A DNA stretch of 64,000 nt, from positions 24,180,001 through 24,244,000 of the forward strand of contig NW_027266273.1 of assembly GCF_022045235.1 (NCBI RefSeq), in the 5' to 3' direction. Shown here in pieces: positions 1 through 12,480 of this stretch. Under the pieces are notes generated by a model. That model had not been told where the DNA came from. It searched no databases and worked only from the letters and a program-made list of their open reading frames with translations. Position 1 is the stretch's first letter; each line of letters opens with the position of its first letter. Position numbers and translations under genes: made by a program. The DNA is from Haliotis cracherodii. Its lineage: Eukaryota.

Positions 1-38
1 ACCCATTGCACAAAACACCAAGCATAGCTAAAAAGTTC

Positions 39-167
39 AGGGTCCACTTGCACAGAACAATCTTAGCGCTACAATTATTGTAAGTTCTTAAGATCGCAAT
101 CTTAGGCTACAATCGCCATGTTGGTTAAGATCATTGTAAGCTACAATCGAAACTTGGTACGGACCCT
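39..167. mobile_element. Small palindromic MITE (PIF/Harbinger-like)
   Basis: Ends AGGGTCC...GGACCCT; internal self-complementary motifs (ctacaat/attgtaag, cttaag); no coding capacity. Confidence 0.4.
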
Positions 168-270
168 AGATAGCTTAGATCGTTGAAAAAATGGCATTGC
201 CCGGCAGGGTCTCTTTCACACAAATAATCTGCTTTAGGTTCACACATTGCCTCTTTATTTTGTTAACTTT

Positions 271-415
271 AAGTGGTTAAAGCGTTCGCTCGTCACGCCG
301 AAGCCCCGGGTTCGATTCCCGATATGGGTACATTATGTGAAGCCCATTTCTGGTGTCCCCCGCCGTGATATTGTTGGAATATTGCTAAAAGCGGCGTAAA
401 ATCTAACTCACTCAC
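271..415 (+). mobile_element. tRNA-derived short SINE, family 1
   Basis: tRNA-Asp-like head (gtcacgccgaagccccgGGTTCGATTCCC, B-box), 3' module ggaatattgctaaaagcggcgtaaaa and (ACTC)n tail. Other copies at 4548-4677 and 31798-31891; fragment near 45130. Confidence 0.8.
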
Positions 416-701
416 TTACACTAACTTTATGACTCGAATCGACACCTCAACAACATGAAGAATGCACCACAGATTTAACGTCAGACATATAGATAATATC
501 GATTGTGAACCACATAACTATCGAGTCGATAACCAAAATTACTATTCCGACCCGACACAATTCTGAAAGAAGTGTGGAACAACATACCTTTTCGCTATAT
601 AGAGCCAAATTTATGAATGTATTTATTCGTATTTCAACACTTTTAATAAAAAATGAGTAGGTCTCTAGTTAAAATCAAATAATTCCTGAATCATAACAAA
701 A

Positions 702-957
702 GAACCGTGGAGATCCGGGGTAGAATAGGTCTTCGGCAACCCATGCTTGCCGTGAAAGACGACTATGCTTGTCGTAAATGGTGACTAACGGAATCGGGTG
801 GTCAGGCTAGCTGAGTTGATTGATGCATGTCATCGATCCCAATTTCGTGGATCGATGCTCATTATGTCAATCACTGGTGTGTCTGTTCCAGTATTTACAG
901 ACCGCCGTAAAGCTGGAATATTGCTGAGTGCGGCGTTAAACAACGAACAAACAAAAC
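702..957 (+). mobile_element. SINE-like family 2 (non-tRNA structured head)
   Basis: About 250 bp: ccgtggagatccggggtagaataggtcttc...gctggaatattgctgagtgcggcgttaaa plus (CAAA)n tail. About 12 full or partial copies in the window. Confidence 0.85.
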
Positions 958-1069
958 AGTTATGATTCTTTTTTCAAGGATCCTCAATTGTATACATTTT
1001 ATTTACCAATGAAGACTTAAAATACTACTACAATTAAACAATTAAACAATTAAACATAGTCCGCCCAGA

Positions 1070-1347
1070 TCGCCGGCCGCGTCATACCAAAAGACGTTAA
1101 TTGTACTTGTTGTTGCCCTGCCTGGTGCTCGACATTAATGGGCTAAAACAATGACTGGTCGGCTCGGAGTCAGTATTCTGTGTCTGAGTCGGGAATTCAT
1201 GTTAAACAGCGGCATGGTATCTCAGTTAGCTTGCACACTATAAACATTCCAGACTAGCACAAGCAGCCACACACGCACGTGCATGCACGTCTCTATATAA
1301 TTTGCCATTATCTTGGACGCGACGTTAAACCCCATTTCACCTCACCT
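1070..1347 (+). mobile_element. SINE family 3 (Meta-domain-like body), 5'-truncated
   Basis: gcgtcataccaaaagacgttaa...gtacttgttgttgccctgcctgg body and gacgttaaaccccatttcacctcacct tail. Matches 4160-4363(-), 28735-29000(+) and 54746-55016(-). Confidence 0.75.
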
Positions 1348-1730
1348 AAACTACTTTGTATGCATGTAATATAGGCCTATGGCCTTCTCTGTATTTAGAA
1401 ACAAAGATTGATTGATTGTAATAGGATTAATAAGTTGTCATCTATAAAGTTGTTCAAATTAGTCTGTTGCAATTTCCTTGACATTCGAGGTAGATGGGTT
1501 ATTCTTCAGACATTGATGAATGACTGTCACGTTTGTATTTCAACACTGTCACTGATATATTCTATGTGTGATTGTTTTTATTGTGTTTCTATGTATTCAG
1601 GGTGAACATGTGTATCTGACCTCCGTATCTACGATTGTTTCAGTGAATAAAGATTCAGTATTCAGCTGTGTGTCCTTTACTTATTCAGACCAAAGTCCGA
1701 CAAGAACACATCCGAACAGCCTGTAAACAG

Positions 1731-1886
1731 TTTTGTTTGTGTGTTTGTGTAACGCCGCACTCTGCTATATGACGGCGGTCTGTTAATAATCGAGTCTGGA
1801 CCAGACAATTCAAAATGACTGACATCATGAGCATTGATCTACGTAAGTGGGATACGATGACATGCATCAACCAATTCAGGGAGCCG
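1731..1886 (-). mobile_element. SINE-like family 2, 3' half
   Basis: aacgccgcactc...aataatcgagtctggaccagacaat...gatacgatgacatgcatcaacc is the reverse complement of the family-2 body. Confidence 0.75.
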
Positions 1887-2176
1887 TTTTTTGTTTATGA
1901 TATACACACACAGGCACGCACAAGTACGCACGCGCACACGCACCTGCCCCCGCATACGTATGCACATACAGACGAGCATGTTTTTTAAATATATTTTACA
2001 TATGTCTTGTCAGTCCCCATACATCAAAGCTTATGCAGTGTTTATAATACATGTATCGGATTCAATACCAGATGCACTGACGGATATGCATTGCCCAATG
2101 AAGGAACGTTTAGCTATATCATGAACTGTTTTTTGACGAGGTAGTTAATTTTTCATAGGTTTCTTACCGGTGAGAA

Positions 2177-2620
2177 GACCCGTGAAGGTCCGGGGTAGAA
2201 TAGATCTTCAGCAACCCATGCTTGTCGTTAAAGGTGACTATGCTTGTCGTAAGTGGTCAGATGTAACTGATGTTATATTGGGATAACACTTCCTTTGTAA
2301 AGTACAATCCTCAAAAGTATTAGATTTTGTACTTTACTAAGGAAGTGTTATCCCAATATAACATTTGTTACAGTTTTCTATGTTCGACAGAAACATTCAG
2401 AACAGAACTGTTTTACTCGGGTCGAGAATCTCGGTATATGTGGCAGACATTCTTGTCCGGGATTGATAAATGTCATCGTATCCAAATTTCGTGGATCGAT
2501 GCTCATGATATCAATCACTGGCTTGTCTGGTCCAGACTCGATTATTTACAGACAGCCGGAATATCGCTGCAATACAGCTACAAATAAACAACGAACAAAG
2601 AAACAAAGAAATAAACAAAG
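2177..2620 (+). mobile_element. SINE-like family 2, interrupted
   Basis: Head at 2177-2257 and body/tail at ~2461-2620, separated by a hairpin element and other sequence. Confidence 0.7.
2262..2372. mobile_element. Near-perfect hairpin MITE with TGT...ACA ends
   Basis: tgtaactgatgttatattgggataacacttcctttgtaaagtacaa pairs with ttgtactttactaaggaagtgttatcccaatataacatttgttaca (arms ~45 bp). Confidence 0.65.
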
Positions 2621-3353
2621 TATTGAGAATGTAAACGTGAATGCCTCAGCTTTTCAGTCATGTGTGGTCATTCGGTCTTACATATGTTTCCAAAGTATAT
2701 ATTATTGTTAAATTCAATACGTGATGTTGGTATTCTCTTGTAGTATAGGGATGATATTGCTTTTAGTTGAGAAAGGGACATTGGGATACACGCTAATTTT
2801 GCTATTAGATGTAGCAGGTAAACGTTATACTTGCACTACTCTCATATATCTTCGGGCTTGGTTTGGGATGGAGCATTTGCTATTTGGAGGGAGTGGGATG
2901 GGCTGCCAAGGATTCAAAAAACTAATTTATCCCCAGGTTTTAGCCCTAAAAGTAACTTGTGGTTGGATGTCCTGAAATAATGTCTGGTAAAGTAAACTCA
3001 AATAGTGGGACTCTTGGGACACAAACTGCGTGTGTTGTAGCAGGGGCCGATACGCTGTCCTGTGTCAAACAAGAATCCCGGTCAAACATATTGGATAGTG
3101 GGTACGGTAGAAGTTACTGATAAGTCATAACAGTGTCACAAACTGGAGCATTAATCTGTTTGATTAATTATCATATAATTCATTTATATACCGTACTTAT
3201 CCAAACATATATGTCCAAAGGCGTTTATGTTATATGTGTTCCTCGATCAGTGGATCCGTATTCATTCCGGTCGTCATTCTCAACTCCCTCGGGTGTATAC
3301 AGTCCTTGCCACCTATAAACGATAGGTTTTCACACCCATCTCATATATAGGGG

Positions 3354-3627
3354 TACCCGTGAAGATCCTAGGTAGAATAGGTCTTCAGCAACCCATGCTT
3401 GCCGTAAAAGGTGACTAAGCTTCTCGTAAGAGGCGACTAACGGGATCGGGTGGTCAGGCTCGCTGACTTTATTGATGCATGTCATCGTATCCCAATTGCG
3501 TGGCTCGATGCTCATATTGCTCATGATTCTCATGATTGTCTGGTCCAGACTCGATTATGCACAAGTCGCTGTCAGAAAGCTGGAATATTGCTGGGTGCGG
3601 CGTTAAACGACAAATAAACAAACAAAC
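3354..3627 (+). mobile_element. SINE-like family 2, full length
   Basis: acccgtgaagatcc...gcggcgttaaacgacaaataaacaaac. Confidence 0.85.
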
Positions 3628-3759
3628 ATATATCGGGTACCCGTCCCTGTTAGGTAAACAGGGGTACATTTAACTAAGTAACCAGCCCATAGTAAAATGA
3701 CACGTTTTGACACTTGTGTTACGGGTGTATGTACCTTTTCGTGTTTTTTTTGCTTGTTT

Positions 3760-4024
3760 TTGTTTTGTCTTTTGTTGAACGCCGCACTCAGCAATATTCC
3801 AGCTTTATGACGGCGGTCTGTAAATAATCGAGTCTGGACCAGACAATCCAGTGATTGATATCATGAGCATCGATTCACGCAATTGGGATCTATGACATGC
3901 ATCTAGCAAGTCAGCGAGCCTGACCACCCGATCCTGTTAGTCGCCTTTAACGGCAAGCATAGTCACCATTTACGGCAAGCATGGGTTGCTGAAGACCTAT
4001 TCTACCCCGGAATCTTCACGGGTC
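3760..4024 (-). mobile_element. SINE-like family 2, full length
   Basis: Reverse-complement copy ending ...ggaatcttcacgggtc; tail-to-tail with the 3354 copy. Confidence 0.85.
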
Positions 4025-4159
4025 TATTTGTGTTTTAACCAACAGATGAGTGTTTGGAGTGCACATAGTGAATGTAATGTACACTCGGGGTATTGACGGC
4101 ACCGTGAAGACCTGCTTGTCTCGCGCTTTAGACCGCTCGGCCCCTCCACCCCACTAATG

Positions 4160-4363
4160 TGAGGAGAGTTGAAATGTTCTTTAACGTCGTGTCAAAGATT
4201 ATTGCACTTATATAGCGACGTGCATGCACGTGTGACAGGGACACGACGCCGGGTACAACAAGTACATTCTTTTAACGTCGTTTGGTTTGATGCGACCGGG
4301 GATCGAACCCCGGACCTTCCGCTCTCCGGGCGGACGCTCTACCAATAGACCACGGAAGCGGTC
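4160..4363 (-). mobile_element. SINE family 3 with tRNA head, internally deleted
   Basis: Minus strand: gaccgcttccgTGGTCTATTGGtagagcgtccgcccggagagcgaaggtccggGGTTCGATCCCC (A/B boxes). Confidence 0.75.
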
Positions 4364-4547
4364 AGCCGCAGTGCGAGTCAATCACAGATATATATTCTGT
4401 ACTTCGTTTGGAGTCAGGGTTGGAGGCTGAACTCTCTGTTCTTCATATTCTTAATAAATCAACAGTAGAATCAGAAACGGGTGGAAGATATATCTGTTTT
4501 TCGAGATTTGAATTGCAGAGAAAACGTATTATTTTGTTAAATTGAAG

Positions 4548-4677
4548 TAGCCCAGTAGTTAAAGTGTTCGCTCGTCACGCCGAAGACCCGGGTTCGATTC
4601 CCTACATAGGTACAATGTGTGATGTCCTTTTCTGGTGTCCCCCACCGTGATGTTGTTGAAGTAATACTCACTCACTC
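4548..4677 (+). mobile_element. tRNA-derived short SINE, family 1
   Basis: tagcccagtagttaaagtgttcgctcgtcacgccgaagacccgggttcgattccc...actcactcactc. Confidence 0.8.
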
Positions 4678-5324
4678 TAGTTAAACTGTGTCGGTTGATT
4701 CAGTATTATTACCAATCGGTTAGTTGGGATAGACACATCTATTTGTCACAAAATCTAAATTATTTACTGTTTTGACAGCAATTGATTCCGTTACACATAA
4801 ACAACTGAACCATGTTATATTCCGTGTATGGGATACAGTGTTTACAGCGTTTCAAGTAAAGAATAATTTGTCAAAAAGTATTAAAAAAAACGTGTGTTCT
4901 GCTTGTTTATTCTCAATCTAATCTTATATGGCTGAATTTCAGCTGATGACAACTACCTGTCATTTGAATCTTTTGTGTGGGTGGAATAAAACGATAATGA
5001 TAGATCTGGCAATACTGCCAGGATTCATTAGTTGTAAACAATGCATGAACGGTGTAGAATGTGAAAATATAACGAACTGTGGACTGTAAATCAGTGTTAT
5101 GTTTTATATTCAAGCAAATCTGTAAAAAAGGAAAATGTACCAATGTTTTGGCCAAAGAAATCCAACACTTGGACATGCGTCATGGATTGAGTGAAACATC
5201 AGTCAGTCGTCCAATCTGTGCAGTTCCACAAATTACTCAAGAAGCTTTTTGAAACCCAAAGCTTGCATTATACTATTGATTACACACAAAATATCTCACC
5301 ATCAAACCTACAGGTAATATGACT

Positions 5325-6368
5325 CTACATTAACATTTCAGTCTCGTTGTTTGGCGCAACAGAGCCTTTCATTTTGTCCATAGCTACAATGATAATCTTA
5401 ACAAGAAAAAAGCTGATCTCCATCCCAAGGGGAATTAACGTTAAGATTGTGTTTAGGTTTGTCCGTCCAATGTTTGCATCCACTACTGAAACAATAATAA
5501 TTAATTTTGCAATGTAAGTACTAAAGGTGTACTCACTAAACTTCCTGACCACAAAAATGTCAATAATGTCAAGCGTTGTCAATAGGACAATAAGAAACCC
5601 CAATGATACGCATCCGCCTGCAACTGGCCCCAGTGGCGTGCTGGACAGGGTGGTCATCACCATAGCTAGGGTGAACAGTGCATTACCAAGAATCCAGGTC
5701 GCAAAGGCACCAATGGCATTCTCAACAAATAGTATGAACAGCACGTTGTCAACATGCCGTCCCTGCTTCTGTAGCTCGAGCTTGTGTTCGAACCTTGTTC
5801 TGTAGCTGAGGACGAGGCACGCGTAGTAACCGAGCTCCGAACCTAGAAGGAAGACGAAGGCTAGTTCCAGAGCCTGTCTATCGATGAGAAACAGCCAGCC
5901 GATGTAGAGTAGATCACCCAGGATGTGCACCCAGAAGAAGGCGGGGGTGAAGAGGACGGGGTGGAGGTAGAGAGGCCCATCGGGGCCCTTCCTACAGATC
6001 AGGGTCAGCGAAAAGATGAGCCAGAGAATTTGAAGAGCATATAAGAAGGCAAAGACGTAGATAGACCATCGGGCTTTCCTGAACACGTTGTTATAAAGGT
6101 TGAACACATTGTTTGTTGTATCCAGGAAAATGTCTGAAATTTGATATCAAAGAATTCAATTTTTTACACAAAAATGTACAGCATGTATGGAATCCTTGAG
6201 TATACGTTATAATATTTCTTACATGTACCAAGAGATGGTACTATGGGTGGACTGAGTGTAATTACCTGATCCTCCAAGCTCGGCAAAGAAGGTGAGTATG
6301 ACTGACACCACAAACACAAGCAGGGTCGAGACGTTGAGAAGAATCAGGGAGGTGCCCGACCACTTCAT
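5325..6368 (-). CDS. Paralogue A: ~8-TM TSPO/MBR-like membrane protein (303 aa), most divergent copy
   Basis: Coding exons 6368-6266 (MKWSGTSLILLNVSTLLVFVVSVILTFFAELGGS) and 6133-5325; phase-1 GT-AG intron 6265-6134; 912 nt, no internal stop. Upstream acceptor (ttttgttacttag) at 6385/6384 implies a 5'UTR exon. Aligns to B-E (ICRK.P.GPLYL.P, W.FL.DR, F.EN, Y.FS.Y). Confidence 0.88.
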
Positions 6369-6686
6369 TGTAAATGAGGCTCACTAAGTAACAAAAGATA
6401 ACACGTAGAGGAACAACCATTTGAGTGAGCGAATGATTAAAATGTAAGGTTGTATCAGCATTAATTCAGTCATATAGCGACGACAACACGTTTCAATATC
6501 CAACGCATGCCAAAAAGATACATCACTGATTTAATAACAATATTTCAGTACAACAATGCTCAACAGTGCGTTGGATTAAAACAATAGCTGACGATAGTTA
6601 CCTCGATTATGATAGGTATTTCATGTCACACAGAGGCACAATCACGTTAACTTCCAAAAAGTAGAGACTTCAATTAGATGCCTTGG

Positions 6687-7500
6687 TAAAGTGAAGTGGT
6701 AACATGTTGGTAACATGTTGGCAAAGTGAGTGGACTGGGGAACGTACAAGGAACATGTTGGCAAAGTGAGTTGGCTGGGGAACGTACAAGGAACACGTTG
6801 GCAAAGTGGGTGGACTGGGGAACGTACAAGGAACATGTTGATAAAGTGAGTGGACTGGGGAACGTACAAGGAACACGTTGGCAAAGTGAGTGGACTGGGG
6901 AACGTACAATGAACATATTGGCAAAGTGAGTGGGCTGGGGAATGTACAAGGAACATGTTGGCAAAGTGAGTGGACCTGGGAATGTACAAGGAACATGTTG
7001 GCAAAGTAAGTGGACTGGGGAACGTACAAGGAACATGTTGGCAAAGTGAGTGGGCTGGGGAAAGTGAGTGGACTGAGTAGCTTACAAGAAATATGTTGGC
7101 AAAGTGAGTGGACTGAGTAGCTTACAAGAAATATGTTGGCAAAGTGAGTGGACTGAGTAGCTTACAAGGAACATGTTGGTAAAGTGGGCGGACTGGGGAA
7201 CGTACAAGGAACATGTTGGCAAAGTGAGTGGACTGGGGAACGTACAAGGAACATGTTGATAAAGTGAGTGGACTGGGGAACGTACAAGGAACACGTTGGC
7301 AAAGTGAGTGGACTGAGTAGCTTACAAGGAACTTGTTGGCAAAGTGAGTGGACTGGGTAGCTTACAAGAAATATGTTGGCAAAGTGAGTGGACTGAGTAG
7401 CTTACAAGAAATATGTTGGTAAAGTGAGTGGACTGAGTAGCTTACAAGAAATATGTTGGTAAAGTGGGCGGACTGGGGAACTTACAAGAAACATGTTGGT
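6687..7500. repeat. 40-bp minisatellite (~20 units, two variants)
   Basis: Unit ggcaaagtgagtggactggggaacgtacaaggaacatgtt; variant ...gactgagtagcttacaagaaatatgtt dominates the distal part. Explains ORFs 6642-7632. Confidence 0.95.
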
Positions 7501-8002
7501 TTGAAACCACGTAGGCGAGTCTACAGTGGCGACGCCGTCAGCACTGTGTGATGCTGAAAATAACAACTCTGTACGTAAATATAAGTGACAAAGCCCCTTG
7601 TCCATATTCATAGAAATCTCAGTCAAAAGCAAAGTCGATGGTACGATTCCGACTATATCATGAACATGTGTTTATGAATCACTATCAAACAGTGATGACA
7701 ACATGTTTTCGAATATATTTGAGCGTATCCTTTTGAAAGCTACATTGGGGCATTGTACGCTATAACCCCGACCAAACAATATTTTGAGCAAGAATATGTC
7801 TGCCCTTGTCATTTTCGAAATAGGAAATCAATATAACCACGTAATGATATGTGACAGATTATTCTGAACGTCAATAGACATCGCAGGCAGAGAGTTAAAA
7901 ATAGGATGTCCGAGTTGGATTGTATCTGACGTTGACGGTTTGAATTCTGTAACTCTAATTTAATTCAACAGGGTGATGATACATCACCCAAAATAAACAA
8001 TG

Positions 8003-8220
8003 TTGGTTGTTGGTTGGTTTGTTTTTTAACGCCGCGCTCAGCAATAATTTAGCTGTATGACGGCGGTCTGTAAATAATCGAGTCTGGACCAGACAATCCA
8101 GTGATTAATATTATGAGTATCGATCCATGCCATTAGGATCAATGACATGCATCAATCAAGTCAGCAAGCCTGACTACCCGACCCCTTTAGTCGCCTCTTA
8201 CGGCAAGTCGCCTCTTACGG
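8003..8220 (-). mobile_element. SINE-like family 2 (head truncated)
   Basis: tttaacgccgcgctcagcaat...tagtcgcctcttacggcaag. Confidence 0.8.
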
Positions 8221-8619
8221 TTGTTCTTGATCATGAAAGATTTCGCGAACAACTGGTATCATCACTTATTGGAGGTGATTCATAAACACATTCTTATCAA
8301 ATAGTCGGAAAAGTTCCTAGTTATTGTGTGGATTGTATGGTTTGGTCGCTCTTATTTACTGTCATAGGACTGCCTATCATCATCTATGACGTTAATGTTT
8401 CTCGAAAGCTTGGACATTGCTGACAACGCCTTGAAAAAAGGGCAAGGTCACCGTGGAACAGATTATGAGAAACGGCAATAAACATACGTGAGAAATGATC
8501 AACTCGGCTAAAGATGACCGCACACAAACCACATTTAAAACATCATTTCAAACAATAAACATGTCCAATAAATCGGCATATGTTAACGCAATACATAGTG
8601 TTGTTCTAACTATGTAACA

Positions 8620-11600
8620 CCTGCATATACAGGTAATTTATAGAGATGTTGTAACACATACAGGTAGTTTATAGAGATGTTGTTACATATACAGGTAATT
8701 TATAGAGATGTTGTTACACATACAGGTAGTTTACAGAGATGTTGTTACATATACAGGTAGTTTACAGAGATGTTGTTACATATACAGGTAATTTATTGAG
8801 ATGTTGTTACACATACATGTAGTTTATAGAGATGTTGTTACATATACAGGTAATTTATTGAGATGTTGTTACACATACAGGTAGTTTCTAGAGATGTTGT
8901 AACATATACAGGGAGGTTATAGAGATGTTGTAACATATACAGGGAGGTTATAGAGATGTTGTAACATATACAGGGAGGTTATAGAGATGTTTAACACTTA
9001 AGGGTGGTTTATAATGATGTGGGGTCACGGATGGCCCAGTCGCTAAAGCGCCGCGATTCGCCTTCAGAGTTGCGTGCCTTGGGCACGCTAGAAACCTATG
9101 ATTGCGGGTTCGAATCCTGGTTCGCCCCAATTATGGTTCTAGGTTTGTCAGCACCATACCCGTGCTCGTGGGTTTCACCGAAGAGGTAAACGTCTGAGAC
9201 CTGCATCACTTCGGGCTTTCCTCCAGCATTAAGCTGCCTCGCCGTGATATAACTGGAATACTGTTAAAAGCGGCGTTAAACCCAACTTGCAGTGATGTTG
9301 AAACATATTCAGGTAATTTATAGAGATGTTGTAACATATACAGATAGTTTATAGAGATGTTGTACCATATACAGATGGTTTATAGAGATGTTGTAACATA
9401 TACAGATGGTTTGTAGAGAAGTTACATCTACTAGTAGTTAATAGAGATGTTGTAACATATACAGGTAATTTATAGAGATGTTGTAACATATACAGGTAAT
9501 TTATTGAGATGTTGTTACATATACAGGTAGTTTATAGAGATGTTGTTACACATACAGGTAATTTATAGAGATGTTGTTACACATACAGGTAGTTTATAGA
9601 GATGTTGTTACACATACAGGTAGTTTATAGAGATGTTGTAACATATACAGGTAATGTATTGAGATGTTGTTACATATACAGGTAATTTATAGATATGTTG
9701 TTACACATACAGGTAGTTTATAGAGATGTTGTTGCATATACAGGAAATTTATAGAGATGTTGTTACACATGCAGGTAGTTTATAGATATGTTGTAACATA
9801 TACAGGTAATTTATTGAGATGTTGTTACATATACATGTAGTTTATAGAGATGTTGTTACATATACAGGTAATGTATTGAGATGTTGTTACATATACAGGT
9901 AATTTATAGAGATGTTGTTACATATACAGGTAGTTTATAGAGATGTTGTTACATATACAGGTAGTTTCTAGAGATGTTACATACACTTGTAGTTTATAGA
10001 GATGTTGTAACATATACAGGTAATTTATTGAGATGTTGTTACATATACATGTAGTTTATAGAGATGTTGTTACATATACAGGTAAGTTATTGAGATGTTG
10101 TTACATATACAGGTAGTTTATAGAGATGTTGTTACACATACAGGTAGTTTATAGAGATGTTGTAACATATACAGGTAATGTATTGAGATGTTGTTACATA
10201 TACAGGTAATTTATAGATATGTTGTTACACATACAGGTAGTTTATAGAGATGTTGTTACATATACAGGTAATTTATAGAGATGTTGTTACACATACAGGT
10301 AGTTTATAGAGATGTTGTAACATATACAGGTAGTTTATTGAGATGTTGTTACACATACAGGTAGTTTATAGAGATGTTGTTACATATACAGGAAATTTAT
10401 AGAGATGTTGTAACACATACAGGTAGTTTATAGATATGTTGTAACATATACAGGTAATTTATTGAGATGTTGTTACATATACAGGGAGGTTATAGAGATG
10501 TTGTAACATATACAGGGAGGTTATAGAGATGTTGTAACATATACAGGGAGGTTATAGAGATGTTGTAACATATACAGGGAGGTTATAGAGATGTTGTAAC
10601 ATATACAGGTAATTTATTGAGATGCTGTTACACATACAGGTAGTTTATAGAGATGTTGTTACATATACAGGTAGTTTATAGAGATGTTGTTACACATACA
10701 GGTAGTTTATAGAAATGTTGTAACATATACAGGTAATGTATTGAGATGTTGTTACATATACAGGTAATTTATAGATATGTTGTTACACATACAGGTAGTT
10801 TATAGAGATGTTGTTGCATATACAGGAAATTTATAGAGATGTTGTTACACATGCAGGTAGTTTATAGATATGTTGTAACATATACAGGTAATTTATTGAG
10901 ATGTTGTTACATATACATGTAGTTTATAGAGATGTTGTTACATATACAGGTAATGTATTGAGATGTTGTTACATATACAGGTAATTTATAGAGATGTTGT
11001 TACATATACAGGTAGTTTATAGAGATGTTGTTACATATACAGGTAGTTTCTAGAGATGTTACATACACTTGTAGTTTATAGAGATGTTGTAACATATACA
11101 GGTAATTTATTGAGATGTTGTTACATATACATGTAGTTTATAGAGATGTTGTTACATATACAGGTAAGTTATTGAGATGTTGTTACATATACAGGTAGTT
11201 TATAGAGATGTTGTTACACATACAGGTAGTTTATAGAGATGTTGTAACATATACAGGTAATGTATTGAGATGTTGTTACATATACAGGTAATTTATAGAT
11301 ATGTTGTTACACATACAGGTAGTTTATAGAGATGCTGTTACATATACAGGTAATTTATAGAGATGTTGTTACACATACAGGTAGTTTATAGAGATGTTGT
11401 AACATATACAGGTAGTTTATTGAGATGTTGTTACACATACAGGTAGTTTATAGAGATGTTGTTACATATACAGGAAATTTATAGAGATGTTGTAACACAT
11501 ACAGGTAGTTTATAGATATGTTGTAACATATACAGGTAATTTATTGAGATGTTGTTACATATACAGGGAGGTTATAGAGATGTTGTAACATATACAGGGA

Positions 11601-12480
11601 GGTTATAGAGATGTTGTAACATATACAGGGAGGTTATAGAGATGTTGTAACATATACAGGGAGGTTATAGAGATGTTGTAACATATACAGGTAATTTATT
11701 GAGATGCTGTTACACATACAGGTAGTTTATAGAGATGTTGTTACATATACAGGTAGTTTATAGAGATGTTGTTACACATACAGGTAGTTTATAGAGATGT
11801 TGTAACATATACAGGTAATGTATTGAGATGTTGTTACATATACAGGTAATTTATAGATATGTTGTTACACATACAGGTAGTTTATAGAGATGTTGTTGCA
11901 TATACAGGAAATTTATAGAGATGTTGTTACACATGCAGGTAGTTTATAGATATGTTGTAACATATACAGGTAATTTATTGAGATGTTGTTACATATACAT
12001 GTAGTTTATAGAGATGTTGTTACATATACAGGTAATGTATTGAGATGTTGTTACATATACAGGTAATTTATAGAGATGTTGTTACATATACAGGTAGTTT
12101 ATAGAGATGTTGTTACATATACAGGTAGTTTCTAGAGATGTTACATACACTTGTAGTTTATAGAGATGTTGTAACATATACAGGTAATTTATTGAGATGT
12201 TGTTACATATACATGTAGTTTATAGAGATGTTGTTACATATACAGGTAAGTTATTGAGATGTTGTTACATATACAGGTAATTTATAGAGATGTTGTTACA
12301 TATACAGGTAGTTTATAGAGATGTTGTTACATATACAGGTAGTTTCTAGAGATGTTACATACACTTGTAGTTTATAGAGATGTTGTAACATATACAGATG
12401 GTTTATTGAGATGTTGTAACATATACAGGTAGTTAATAGAGATGTTGTTACATCTACAGGTAGCTTATAGAGATATATAC
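8620..12480. repeat. 30/31-bp satellite with 1082-bp higher-order repeat
   Basis: Unit acatatacaggtagtttatagagatgttgt(t); rare variant atacacttgtag recurs at 9984, 11066 and 12148. Confidence 0.95.
9021..9287 (+). mobile_element. tRNA-derived SINE family 4 inserted in the satellite
   Basis: A-box-like TGGCCCAGTCG, B-box GGTTCGAATCC, 3' ctggaatactgttaaaagcggcgttaaacccaac; same family as 33525-33801(-). Confidence 0.85.

Noticed and set aside
271-330. tRNA genes at the tRNA-like heads (271, 4363, 4548, 9021, 33801, 55016)
   Set aside because: They continue into shared SINE bodies and tails and lack a complete acceptor stem; one has a clear TSD.
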